The notes under the pieces were generated by a model that was not told the DNA's origin, did no database searches, and saw only the letters and a list, made by a program, of their open reading frames with translations. From contig CM059441.1 of NCBI GenBank assembly GCA_030390025.1, forward strand, positions 21,018,001-21,082,000: a DNA stretch of 64,000 bases, written 5' to 3'. The first letter of the stretch is position 1. The number at the start of each line of letters is the position of its first letter. The position numbers were made by a program, and so were the translations under genes. Below are positions 11,061-22,959 of the stretch, piece by piece. The stretch comes from Squalus acanthias. Taxonomy: Eukaryota.

Positions 11061-11547
11061 TCTACCAGTGAGGAACAGTGTCACTGACAGAGCCTCATGA
11101 AACAATATTTCATCAGATGTACTTTAAATAACAGAAACAATTGCAAACTCGAGACATGTTCAGTGTGAGGGATTATTACTGCTGCAGTCTTCAGTGTATA
11201 TTGGACAGCAGACTACATTAAAAAATCACTTTTACAGATTAAAACAGGTTACCTTTGCATTTGATTATGTTATTCGTGTAGATTTTAAAAACATTAAATG
11301 AGCCCTTTATTTTCCATTCACAATGAATAATGCAGTTTAGTATATATTGGTCAATATTTGTGTGGTACAATAGTACAGTCAAAAAGAGATGAGAAGACTT
11401 CACACAAATATTATTCATGTATATTTTTGCTGGGTATTTTGTGCCTTTACATGTCTACAAGTATTGAAACCTCTCTGCTCTATAAACGGTACACTAGACT
11501 CAAACTAACACTGATTATCTGAATATCCCACTCTGGCTGTCACTCAC

Positions 11548-11584
11548 CGGGCAGGGAACAAATGAGAAGAATCAGAATCCACAT
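11548..11584 (-). CDS. Ig receptor gene A, exon 1: signal peptide
   Basis: ATG TGG ATT CTG ATT CTT CTC ATT TGT TCC CTG CCC G|gtgagt = MWILILLICSLP, phase 1. Joins exon 2 as ...LPVSGALW. Confidence 0.9.
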
Positions 11585-11654
11585 CGTTTTCTTCGCGAAG
11601 AACAGATCCGCACTTGTCGTTAGTCACCCAGCTCTTAGTTCTCATATGGGAATA

Positions 11655-11730
11655 AGTATCTGATATAAATCATATGCAGAATTAAAATGAGGAAGAAGAA
11701 AGCAGGAAGCCAGGTCATGCAACCACAAAA
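11655..11730 (-). promoter_or_regulatory. Putative leukocyte-type proximal promoter of gene A
   Basis: TATA-like TTTATATC about 80 bp upstream of ATG, PU.1-like AAAATGAGGAAG (11684-11695), ETS CAGGAAG (11703-11709) and RUNX AACCACA (11721-11727). Confidence 0.5.
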
Positions 11731-13667
11731 GCTAGCTGGTGAAATCTGACCCTTAAGAACTTGAAATACAGTCAGTTATATTTAACAAACAAAAGCAAAC
11801 TAATCTTTGTCCAAGGTTAGAAAATGGTGAAAAAAAGAGAGTTAAAATCATAGAATCATAGAATCATAGAATGGTTACAGCACAGAAGGAGGCCATTCGT
11901 CCCGTCGAGCCCATGCCGGCGCTCTGCAAGAACACTTCAGCTAGTCCCACTCCCCCGCCCTTTCCCCGTAGCCCTGCAATTTTTTTTACTTCAGCTACTT
12001 ATCCAATTCCCTTTTGAAAGCCACAATTGAGTCTGCTTCCACCACCCTTTCAGTCAGTGCATTCCAGATCCTAACCACTCGCTGCATAAAAAAGTTTTTC
12101 CTCATGTCGGCTTTGGTTCTTTTGTCAATCACCTTGAATCAGTGTCCTCTGGTTCCCGACCCTTCCACCAATGGGAAGAGTTTCTCTCTTTCTACACTGT
12201 CTGGGCCCCTCATGATTTTGAACACCTCTATTAAATCTCCTCTCAACCTTCTCTGCTCTAAGGAAAGCAACCCCAGATTCTCCAGTCTATCCACGTAACT
12301 AGAGTCCCTCATCCCTGGAATCATTCTCAACTTCGCCACTACTCTCTGTTTCCTGTCACTTAGCCAATTTCGTATCCATGCTGCCACTGACCCTTTTATT
12401 CCATGGGCTTCAACTTTGCTGGTAAGCCTATTATGTGGCACTTTATCAAAAGTCAACAGCATTGCCCTCATCAACCCTCTATGCTACCTCATCGAAAAAC
12501 TCGATCAAGTTAGTTAAACACGATTTGCCTTTAACAAATCTATGCTGGTTTTCCTTAATTAATCCACACTTGTCCAAGTGACTGTTAATTTTGTCTCTGA
12601 TTATTGTTTCTAAAAGCTTCCCCACTACCGAGGTTAAACTGACTGGCCTGTAGTTGCTGGGTTTATGCTTACACCCTTTTTTGAACAAGGGTGTAACATT
12701 TGCAATTCTCCAGTCCTCTGGCACCACCCTCGTATCTAAGGAGGGTTGGAAGATTATGGCGAGTACCTCCGCGATTTCCTCCTTAACTTCCCTCAGCATC
12801 CTAGGATGCATCCCATCCGGTCCTGGTGACTTATCAACTTTAAGTACAGACAGCCTTTCTAGTACCTCCTCTTTATTAATTTTTATCTCATCCAGTATCT
12901 CCACTACCTTCTCTTTCGCTATGACTTTGGCAGCATTTTTTTTCTTGGTGAAGGCAGATGCAAAGTACTCATTTAGTACCCCAGTCATGCCTTCTGCCTC
13001 CATGCGTAGGTCTCCTTTTTGGTCCCTAATCGGCCCCATCCCTCCTCTTACTACCCGTTTATTATTTATATGCCTATAGAAGACTTTTGAATTCACTTTT
13101 ATGTTAGCTGCAAATCTATTCTCATACTCTCTCTTTGCCCTTCTTATTTTCTTTTTCACTTCCCCTCTGAACTTGCTATATTCAGCCTGATTCTCACTTG
13201 TATTCTCAACCTGACATCTGTCATATACGCTCTTTTCCTGCTTCATCTTACTCTCTATCTCTTTCGTCATCCAGGGAACTCTGGCTTCAGTTGTCCTACC
13301 TTTCCCCCTCGTGGGAATGTACCTCGACTATACCATCTCTTCTTTAAAGGCAGCCCATTGTTCGATTATTGTTTTGCCTGCCAGTCTTTGATTCCAATTA
13401 ACCCAGGCCAGATCCGTTCTCAGCCCTCTGAAATTTGCCTTCCTCCTATTAAATATTTTTACTCTAGATTGCTCTCTGTCCTTTTTCATAGCTAATCGAA
13501 ACCTTATCATACTATGATCACTGTTCCCTAAATGTTTCCCGACTGACATTTGCTCCTCTTGACCCACCTCATTCCCCAGAACCAGATCCAGCAATGCCTC
13601 CTTCCTCGTTGGACCGGAAACATACTGATCAAGAAAGTTCTCCTGAACACACTTCAGAAAATCTTCC

Positions 13668-16600
13668 TGTAAAGTTTCGCAATTATCGCGATTCGAAATA
13701 ATACGAGAGAGGCAGATTCGTTTGATCAGTTTTATTAAACAAAATGCTGTCCTGATTATAAAGGACACAGAAGCCTGTAAAATGGCCACCGCGCATCGTG
13801 GCAGAAGCTTCCAGAAATACAGTGGGCAGACAAGATGGCGTCGAATATACATTTCAATATAAGATTGGATCATACTCGGTAAACACTGATAAAGACAGGA
13901 TGCAACCCATTTGCATTTGGAACAATAGCAAAGATATAAGTGCTGGAATCATTTTCCATGCACAAGTAAGGACCATTGTACTGGGCAGTCGAAGGCCCAT
14001 CCAGACACATCAATACACAAATACCCCCACGGCTCTACAATGAGAGAGCCATTCACGGGTGATTAAGCAAGTATTCGTGGAGGCCCCAAAACCAGTCAGG
14101 GATACGATTCGTACACATCCTGGCTGGGCCAACAATGGGGAAAACATTAACGGATAGTTGGCCAGTTTCAGGTGCTACCGAAACCCGTTAAAGGAAAGAA
14201 TCGCCCCATGCTGGGAGTTTTGAGCACCAATATTTCACAAAGGACAAACATTAAGATTTGAGCGGGAGAGAAGGGAACACAGCACTATAACTATAGCGAA
14301 CAAATGTCCATCGGTCTCTTGATTCGACTCTTATTCTCCGGGGTGCTCTTATTCACTTGCCGCTTCATGGACTCGCTTGACTGGTGAGCTTGTGTGTTTT
14401 CTCTGGACTTTGTTGACTCTTAGCCGTACTGGTCGGTTATTCGAATGTTGGGTGGAGCTCCATCGGAACGAGCCACCTCGACAAGGGCAAGTGACCGGGT
14501 GCACCATGCGGAGTGTCGGTAAACGGTGTCTGGACCCGAAGGCCCGAAGAGACAAGACGAAACGACAAGAAAAGAAGAAGAATCCACGTGCCGCCACGGT
14601 CAGTAAACCCCGACCGCGCCCGAAAATATTATAAAGAACTCTTCATTGAAATCTGCCGACAACCGGTGTCGGGAACAGGAAGACTCTTCTTTGAATTCTA
14701 CAAACGTGTCCGAGTTCTGTCGAGTTCTTCATGACAAAAGACGGTCTGGCCTGCTTGTCGCAGCAGCGAAGATAAACAAGTGGGGTACAGAGACCCCTCC
14801 AAACACGTGACAGTCAGGCGCTGCAGCGAAACGAGCCGAGTGCCTCACCTTAAAATTCTCCGAAGTAACACGAGTGGTGAGCCTGTTTCCCGATCCTACA
14901 AATCTAGACGTAGTGTAGGTATTGTTAAGGGAGGGTGGTTTTATTAAGGTTAAAGTATAATGTGTTCCCCTTTTTACGATGTGCCGTGCGTTCTTCATTA
15001 CCATAGACCAAGCTTTATGAATGTATGTATACTTGTACTCTCGTTAATTTGCGCCTATGACATGTACTTCATGATTTTGGACGCTATGCGATAAAGATTT
15101 CCATTTCGTAATATTTAACCAAGTCTATTTGAGTTTTCTCTGCATTACTGCTCCTGCACCTAAGTCCAGTGTTAGAACCGTAAGGGCGTGTAGAATTCGC
15201 AATATATCGCGATTTTATTAATAAGGAGAAAACACAGAGTTTCGTTCAAACAGCTTTTATTCCAGCAGAATGCTGCCAGGTTTCTCAAAGTAGACACAAG
15301 CAGCCTGTAAAATGGCCGCCGCACCTCGTGACAGAACATTCTAGACTTTTCGACAGGCAGACAAGATGGCGTTCCATTAAACATTTGTGCAAGATCGATT
15401 AAGATTCAGCACAGTGAAGATAATACACGAGACATCATGGGTTTGCAGTATACACATAAATACTGAAATCGGTCTCCCAGGTACGAATGAAAGCTATTGT
15501 ACCGAGTAATCAAGGGCCCATCCAAAAGACATTAATATGTAAAACCCCAACGACTCTACGATGAGAGAGCCGTTAGCGGGTAGTTATACAAAACACTTGG
15601 AAGCCCCAAAACCCCTCCAGGGAGAACACCGACCGATTTAACAATGGGAGAAATATTAACAGGTACTCAGACAGTTACGAGTAGCCCCGAAACCCATTAA
15701 GAACGGAGATCACCCATACAAGACATTTGAGCGCCAGACCCTAACAAAAGAAAGGACATTAAGGTTGGGCGGGAAACGGAAGATTTTGTACTATAATTAC
15801 AAGCTCCAACCGTCCATCTGCCTCTTATTCTCTTATCCGATCGACTCGTAACCTCGTGGCTGCTCCTGTGTTTTGACTCGTAGTCTGGTTCCTGCTTGCC
15901 TGGTGCCTCTTTGAAAAAGACTGTTGAACTTTCTGATCCGTTCGGATCTACCTCGTGTCACGTAACGAAGACCTATGTTGGTAACTGGCAGCGGAACCAA
16001 AGGCCCGAGATGAGATGAGATGAGATGAGATGAGATGAGAAGAGAGGAAGACCATACTCATCGCCACGGTCAGTAAATCCCGACCGCGCCTGTAGGTCGA
16101 ATAGCCAAGTTTTCCTTGCCAGGAAGACTTCTTTGAACTTGCAAGAACGGTTCATCATCGATGATATTGACTGAGCTGTGAAACCTGCTCGGAAGAGTAC
16201 CTGTTAAACCAACCAACACAGATCTTCATCACAGCAGACGGTCCAGCCTGCTAGCCGGAGTAGAAGCAAGTAAACAAGTGGGACCAGGAGATCTCCTGAC
16301 CGACACGTGGGTGCTGCGGTGAAAAACATCCGATCAGCTATTCGGAATTTCTCCGAGTTATCACGAGTGGTGAGCATGAGTCTCAAAATCCTACGAATCT
16401 AGTTAGGACAGATATTGATAGGGGAGGGTTTAAGTATTAAGGATACTTGTAATGTGTGCCCCTATTTACGGTGTGTCGTTCGTTCCTCGTTTCCCTAGGA
16501 TCAGCTATATAACTGCTTGTAAGATTGTACTGTCATTAATCTGTGCTTATGACATGTATTTCATAATCTTAAATATCATGCAATAAAGATTTTCCATTTC

Positions 16601-16971
16601 GTACCATTCAACCGAGTCTACATGAGTTTCATCTCCATTACTGCTCTCGCATCTAAGTCCAGTGTCTAGAACCGTAAGGGCGAGTGATTCGAACCACTCA
16701 CAGGTGTGTCTAGTGCTCCCAGACTGGCTGGAGACCAGAACAGGCAACAAGGCCTAAACCCGCACTGACATACAGGCTGCACAGAGCCGCGTGAATCTCA
16801 CAGGCTGCGAGACACGCAGGGTCAGAATCCCTTACAGGCGAGTGGGTCGAACCACTCACAGGTGCTTATTGCAATAAGGCTGGCCGGAGACCAGAGCAAG
16901 CAATAGTATTAGGCAACGAAGTCCTAACCTCACACCAGCACCGTCTGAGACACAGGCACGCAACCCTTACA
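13668..16971. mobile_element. Long solo-LTR-like element family A (about 1.65 kb) containing a nested relative
   Basis: TGTAA...TTACA ends with TSD TTCC (13664-13667 / 16972-16975) splitting CR1 TCTTCCCCATC. An uninterrupted 1652-bp copy lies at 47832-49483. Confidence 0.88.
15189..16836. mobile_element. Nested solo-LTR-like element family A2 (1648 bp), copy-1 specific
   Basis: TGTAG...TTACA with TSD GGCG (15185-15188 / 16837-16840). Empty site at about 49350. Shares motif order with the host element. Contains (GAGAT)n near 16007-16038. Confidence 0.88.
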
Positions 16972-18879
16972 TTCCCCATCTCTGCCCTTTATACTATTAT
17001 AATCCCAGTCTATATTAGGATCATTGAAGTTCCCCATTCCCACTACTCTATAATTCTTGCATCTCTCTGTAATTTCCCTGCAAATTTGCTCCTCGATATC
17101 TTTCCCACTAGTTGGTGGCCTATAGAATACACCTAGTAGTGTAATGGCACCTCTATTATTTCTTAACTCTAAACAAATAGATTCTGTCCTTGACCCCTCC
17201 AGGGCATCCTCTCTCTCCAGCACTGTAGCATACTCCTTAACCAATACTGCCCTCCCACCTCCTTTCTTTCCTTCCCTATCTTTCCTGAACACCTTATATC
17301 CAGGAATATTTAAAACCCAATCCTGCCCTTTTCTTGAGCCAGGTCTCCGTTATCGTCACGGCATCATATTTGCGCCTACAGCTCACCAACCCTATTTACC
17401 ACGCTTCGTGCGTTTACACACACGCACTGTAAACATATCTTAGACCTTCTTGTATTCTCTCTTAGTCTGACCCCACCTAATACCTTACTATTTCTCAGCA
17501 GGAATGGATAAATGCCGACCCTAGCCAGGTATTTATGCTGAATTGCGAGGTGAGCTCGAACACAAGTCAAAAAAACTCAGGCAAATGTTGGGATTGGCAG
17601 GAAAATTCAATCTGCTCTCCTTCCCACAGAGTGCTGGGTATGTAAATTAGATTCACAGATGAAGCAGTTAATGCAGTGCTTATTAACAGCATGAAGAATA
17701 TCTGGCCAAGCAGTCGGAGATCCTGTAAAGTGACGACATGGCCTGTGTCAGAACCATATCCTGGTAGACATGCACTCAGCCGCTTTCTCAATGTCCGTTC
17801 CTCTGTGGCAAACAATTGCAGGGCAAGGTCCTGCTGCAAAATTCCTCCCCAACCCCACCGTAGGATAAACATCCCATTTGCTCTGGAATGGTCCAGGGAT
17901 CTGCCTGCAATATGTAGATAAGCCTGACCCTGGGATTTCCACCCTTCCCGCCCAAGTCCTGCCCAGGAATTGTGCTTAATGGGCAGATGCCAAGAGCCAC
18001 CACTTGGACCTCGAATGCTGCAGGTTGCACTAGCCACAATATCCTGTTTATTAACATTAATGGATGGTGGCGTGGGCTCTCAGACAATTCCACCCATCAT
18101 GTACCTCCAGAATGGAGGTCACAGCTGACCATTGCTGTCGCTGGCTGTGCCAGCTTTATGCTGCATGTTAGCTGCAGATGTCCTTGCAGCAGAAGGCACA
18201 GCTCTACATCTGTCTCTTTGATGAACTGTAGACAATTGCTGCCAGGAGGGTGGTCCAATGCCTGCGGATATGCTTGTTGACATCTTGGGATGTCCGGCCA
18301 AGCCGGCTGTGCTTGCTATTGAATCACCCTGACATGTCTTATTTCCTGTAATATTGCAGGCAAATATAACGGCTCACAATGTCCGGAAAAAATAACGATG
18401 TGTGAACAACTCACACCTTTATTAATGTACAAATCAGCCAGCAACTTGTGGCAATGAAGAGACACCCCATTGAAAAGATTCAAGGAGGGGGTCGAGGGAC
18501 GCTGCTGGAAAATAAATCTAGCACTCACATCCCTCTTCAGCAATTTATAAATCCACCCCTTTAGGTTTGGTCCACCGGAATATAAATACTCAAATTTTGG
18601 GTCTAATCTCCTGGTGGCCTCCCTTCCTCGACCCTCCGCAAACTTCAGCTCATTTAAAACTCTGTCGCTCCCATCCTATCCCACACCAAGTTCCACTGAC
18701 CCATCTTTCTCCAGTTGCTTCCCGGGGTTGGGCAGGTCACTGTGAGCAACTATTCAACATACACAAGCGACTCCTTGCATTTCTGTCTTCACGTTCCTTG
18801 TCGTTAACCACCACAGACAGAAGCATCTTGTGTTCTCGAACTGCCAAAAATAAATTCATATCAGTTCAATGAGATTTAG

Positions 18880-19300
18880 GAGTCAGGCAAGTGTCTGTGG
18901 GTAGCACTCACACCTCTGAGTCAGAAGGCTGGCGGTTCATGTTCCACTCCAGAGACTTGAGCACATAATCTAGTCTGAAACTCCAGGGCCGTACTGAGGC
19001 AGTGCTGCACAGTCAGACGTGTCACCTTTTGGGCCCCATTTGCCCTCTCAGGGAACATAACAGACCCATGGCACTATTTCAAATAGAAGCAGGGGAGTTC
19101 TCCCTCAACCAGCAGCACGCAAACAGATTATCTGGTCATTATTGCATTGCTGTTCGTGGGAGCTTTTGTGCGCAAATTAGCTGCCACTTTTCCTACATTA
19201 CAACAGTGATACATTTCAATATTACTTCATTGGCTGTAAAGTGCTTTGGGACATCCTGAGGATGTGAAAGGCGCTATATAAATGGAAGTTCTTTCTTTCA
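18880..19300 (+). mobile_element. DeuSINE copy
   Basis: Deu core ATTATCTGGTCATTATTGCATTGCTGTT...CAAATTAGCTG and tail GGCGCTATATAAATGGAAGTTCTTTCTTTC. Confidence 0.75.
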
Positions 19301-19648
19301 AATCATTGACAATAAGCAAATCCCAAATAAGCCAGGATTTAAATGGTGCAGCTCCCTCAGTGGAACAACAACATTTCTAAGTAACAAAAACCTCGCATTG
19401 TGGACATTCAGGAAACCTCAGTAGCCTCTGACTCAGAAGGTCATGGATTCAAGCCCCATCCAAGACTTGTGCACAAACTCTCCGCTGACACTTAAATGCA
19501 GTGCGAACTTTCAGATACGATGTTGCGGTTCTGTCAGTCTGTTCAGGTGGCATAAAAGATCCCATGGCACAATTCAAAGAAAAGCAGGGTAGTTCCACTC
19601 GTTCCCTCACCTGTATTTATCATTGAACCAACACTATCAAAAGATATT

Positions 19649-22600
19649 GGGGGAGAAATTCGGTATCGCCCCGTTTGGAGTGCAATTATCGGCCGGGCGC
19701 AAAGTTTAGCGCCTGGCGCTATTTATCCCCTCCGACTGCAAACTTGGCTTTTATCGCCCCGGAGGTGATTGGAGCGCTAAATCAGGCGCTGCACTCTTGT
19801 CTTAAGGCGCAAAGGCTGAGGAGCGAGGCGCTAACTCAGAGCGCGGGCGCAGAGCAGGTGATGTCAGTTAGCGATGGAACACAGACACACTGGCGCCGGC
19901 CAGTTCTTAAAGGGGAGGGTCGATCTTGCTCTCCAGCCACACCCTGCTCCTTGGAGCCTTGAATCTCGGCCTGGAGAGACCTGTGCCTACATTTCCAGCC
20001 AAGGTGGAGAGGGTGAGAGAACGAGCTCAGCGCTTCAGCGAGCGGGCCTTCGAGGCTCTGGTTGACGCAGTGGAGCGCAGAAGATCTATACTCTACCCTG
20101 AGAGTGGCAGGAGGCCTTTGCCGTGCAACTACAGAAGAGTGTGGAGGGAGGTGGCTCAGAGCGTCTCCTCCAGGAGCAAGGTGCCCAGGACCCATACTCA
20201 ATGTCGCAAAAAGTTCAACGACCTCACTCGGGTCGTCAGGGTGAGTGGCTTTTTTTCAATACCTCTCCATCCCTCCATTTCAACCTCACTCTATGGCCAG
20301 AGGGTCTTAAAACCCCAATGCCCAACACTCATCCAACACCTATGGCCCTCTCATGAAACACACACGCACATTCCACACCTTGCATACAGTAAGGGCTATT
20401 ACACGAAGTGAGACACATCAGGCAAGACCATGGCTGCATACATGAAGTGCTATTCAACTATGGGAGGCACATCAGGCAAGACCATGGCTGTATATTTACT
20501 CAGACGCCGTCCTTTTTTTGCAGGCCTATCTATCTCATAACAGGAGACAGCAGCAATGGATGGGTGGAGGGCGGCCTCAGCTGCAACCCCTCAGCGATCT
20601 TGAGGCGTGTGTCCACAGGATTGTGGCAAGGCAGGTGATTGGTCCTGTTGCTCCTGGAGGTTCGACCCCGTTTGGGACAGCAATGGTAAGGTCATCAGCT
20701 TTCTCTCCTCTCTCATTCCACTTGTCCCTCACAACACCAGCCTTTGACACTTTCAATCCAACTTACTAAATTGCTCCACTCCTTCCTCCCTTACTGCCCC
20801 CCTGTCCTCATGCTAAAGCCACTCTTGTACCTCCCTGCTTTCAGATGGTGATTCGCCAGCTGAGGAGACAGGCCTTCAAGCTGCCAGTGAGAGCGAAGCC
20901 GCAGGCGAGAAGGAAGAGGAAGCCGGAGCCTCAGTGCCACCCTTTCCCGAGGAAGCCCATGCCCACACTGGGACCGTGTCTTCCCTGGAGGGGAGCAGGT
21001 GTGAAGGGTCTGATGAGGGTGAAGCTCCGGGACCCAGCGGGCTGCAGCAACGCGATGTGGCTAGGGAAGCTCGGGGGCCTTCTCCCCGGAGGGAGAGTAG
21101 GCCATCGAGTCCTGCTGCACTGGACGCAGAGGAGGAGCGGCTCATCGCTGAAATGAACACCCAGGCGGTGGACATGCACACTCAGCTCATGGGTGCAGTG
21201 GGAAGGGTGCCCGAAACCATTGATGCACTGGCAAGGAGTGTGGAGCACTACGCTGTAGCACAGGCGGATGCCACGCAAAAGCTTAGTGCTGCAATTCAGT
21301 CACTGGCTGCCATGATCCAATCTGAGACTGACTGCTGCCATTGTGGCTGGTTCGGACACATTTCTCCGGGGCTCTCACCGCGCCGCAGCAGGCCAACATT
21401 CTGTGCTCCAGCAGATTGCTTCGGATGCTGAGGTGCTGCCCCGTGGGAGTGCCAGTGTGACGGCCGAGCAGGGAGGTGCTGTCCTCTCTCAAGATGACAG
21501 CATTCCTGCTGCCACCACTGTCACTTCCCCATTGCACTTATGTAGGGGGTGGTGGTTTGTGTCAGCTTCACCTCTGACTTCTGAGCAGATCGAATCGCTC
21601 CCACTCCCTTGGTTCTAGACACTGGACTTATTTGGGGGTTGTGATGAAAGGTGCAGCAGACAACTGAGTTTGATGCAAGAACTTTGATCTCTATTTAAGA
21701 AAGTAAAACACAACACAAACACTCTTAACACTCTAAAGGTGGGGATCACTTTGGTACAAGCGAGGGAAATAACATTAGAAGAATACTTCACCCCTCCCAA
21801 TCCCAGTTTACTAGCTAAGTTGGGCTGTGGAGGACCAGGGATAATGCTCACCAAACAAATCCTTGACAGTTGAGAGTTAGGGTTTAGAGTCTTTTGAGTA
21901 AAAGTTTCGTAAGGCCCTTGTTGCCGCGAGGTGTCCGATGGTTACTGAGGCGGTCGCTCTGGTCTCTTCTTGCGTGTCGGCCTGCTTCTGGAGCTGCTGG
22001 CCTTCTTTGTTGAACTTCTTTCTGTTGCACTCTGCCTCTGTTTTAAACTGTCTTCTTCCGAGCTGTGGAACTGCCTTCTTGCAGAACTGTGGAACTGCCT
22101 ACTGCTGGACTGCTTGCTGAACTCTTTGCTGCTGTATAACTCTACTGGAGAACTCGAACTTGAACTGTTGTAACTGCTGAACTTTGCTTCTCCTGATCTC
22201 TGTAACTCCAGCACTGACTTCTGCTGAAAACAGGCTTTCAATTGAACTCGAAACTGCAGAACTGCCTTCTGTTGAACTTGAACTGTTTTACTGGAGAACT
22301 TGTTGTAACTGCTGAAACTGACTTCTGTACTGGAGAACTCGAACTGCTGAGAACGGGCCTTTAATTATACCCATTGAAGGTTCCTTATCTGTGCATTGTA
22401 AGATTTTTGGAGGGCTCGTTAACGGTAACGACTTTAATACGTGTCAAATGGCTTGCGTCCTGTCGATCTCCTTGGTTGATTACAGTTGATTGGTTTTGTG
22501 TTTGGTTTTCTAGGCTGGACTCGGTCTTTCTATAGAAATTGGTCTGAGTGATTTGTTTTATGTATGTTTCTATTGGGCCCTGTATCGGTTTTGATGGGGC

Positions 22601-22935
22601 TTGAGTTTTGGGTGGGACTGCCTTCTCCCAGAGTCTATTGTCCAAATGTTAATGTCTGCTGGGGCTTGAGTGAGGTCATCCTGGTTCCCCCAGACAGTGT
22701 AATTAACTACAATAGCCAAACTGCTTTTACAGAGGTCGACCCACCTCCTTGTCCCTTTACAGGCCCAGACATGTCTTTTAAAATGCCCAAACTTGGTTTT
22801 TGGTCTTAAATTCCTTATGTTATGCCCAAATGCATTTTTATCACTCTGAGGTAGTTCCAAAGTCCTTTTTCCTTAGGTTTTGGGGTTCTGCAAATTTTGA
22901 GAATCTTACACTTCCCACCGCCTGTAGCCCAGACT
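19649..22935 (+). mobile_element. PIF/Harbinger element B (Myb/SANT gene half, related to element A), truncated near the LTR insertion
   Basis: Terminus GGGGGAGAAATT at 19649. Exon 1 VERVRERAQRFSE...QCRKKFNDL (start codon now GTG). Exon 3 from 20845 has a 38-bp deletion near 21330 relative to copy 2. Confidence 0.85.
21541..22910 (-). mobile_element. Solo-LTR-like element family B
   Basis: TGTAGGGGGTGG...GAATCTTACA, similar to 4410-5823. Imperfect TSD CTTA/CTTC within Myb exon 3. Confidence 0.82.
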
Positions 22936-22959
22936 GAGCGTAGAATTGCTGGCATCTGG

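Larger units (their letters stand above)
11847..17496 (-). mobile_element. CR1 LINE (ORF2 endonuclease/RT fragments, internally deleted), interrupted by LTR at 13668
   Basis: KSPGPDGMHPR, NYRPVSLTSVVGK, KSCLTNLIEFF, LLDLVLGNE, LGNSDH and GVFYRPP motifs. 3' tail (ATTCTATG)n at 11847-11871. Confidence 0.93.

Noticed and set aside
13328-13873. Novel 181-aa protein and other ORFs in LTR-A/B (e.g. 14349-15004, 4740-5279)
   Set aside because: Chance fusions of LTR and CR1 frames or low-complexity repeats. No gag/pol/env motifs seen.
13668-16971. DIRS/Ngaro or TIR DNA transposon identity for family A
   Set aside because: 4-bp TSDs with only about 5-bp inverted TG..CA ends fit integrase-type LTR elements. 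There are no split direct repeats or long TIRs.
17497-18562. Coding gene or classifiable element in the block following CR1
   Set aside because: Only overlapping short ORFs without recognisable motifs. The end AAATCCACCCC hints at an old Harbinger derivative but I cannot support a call.
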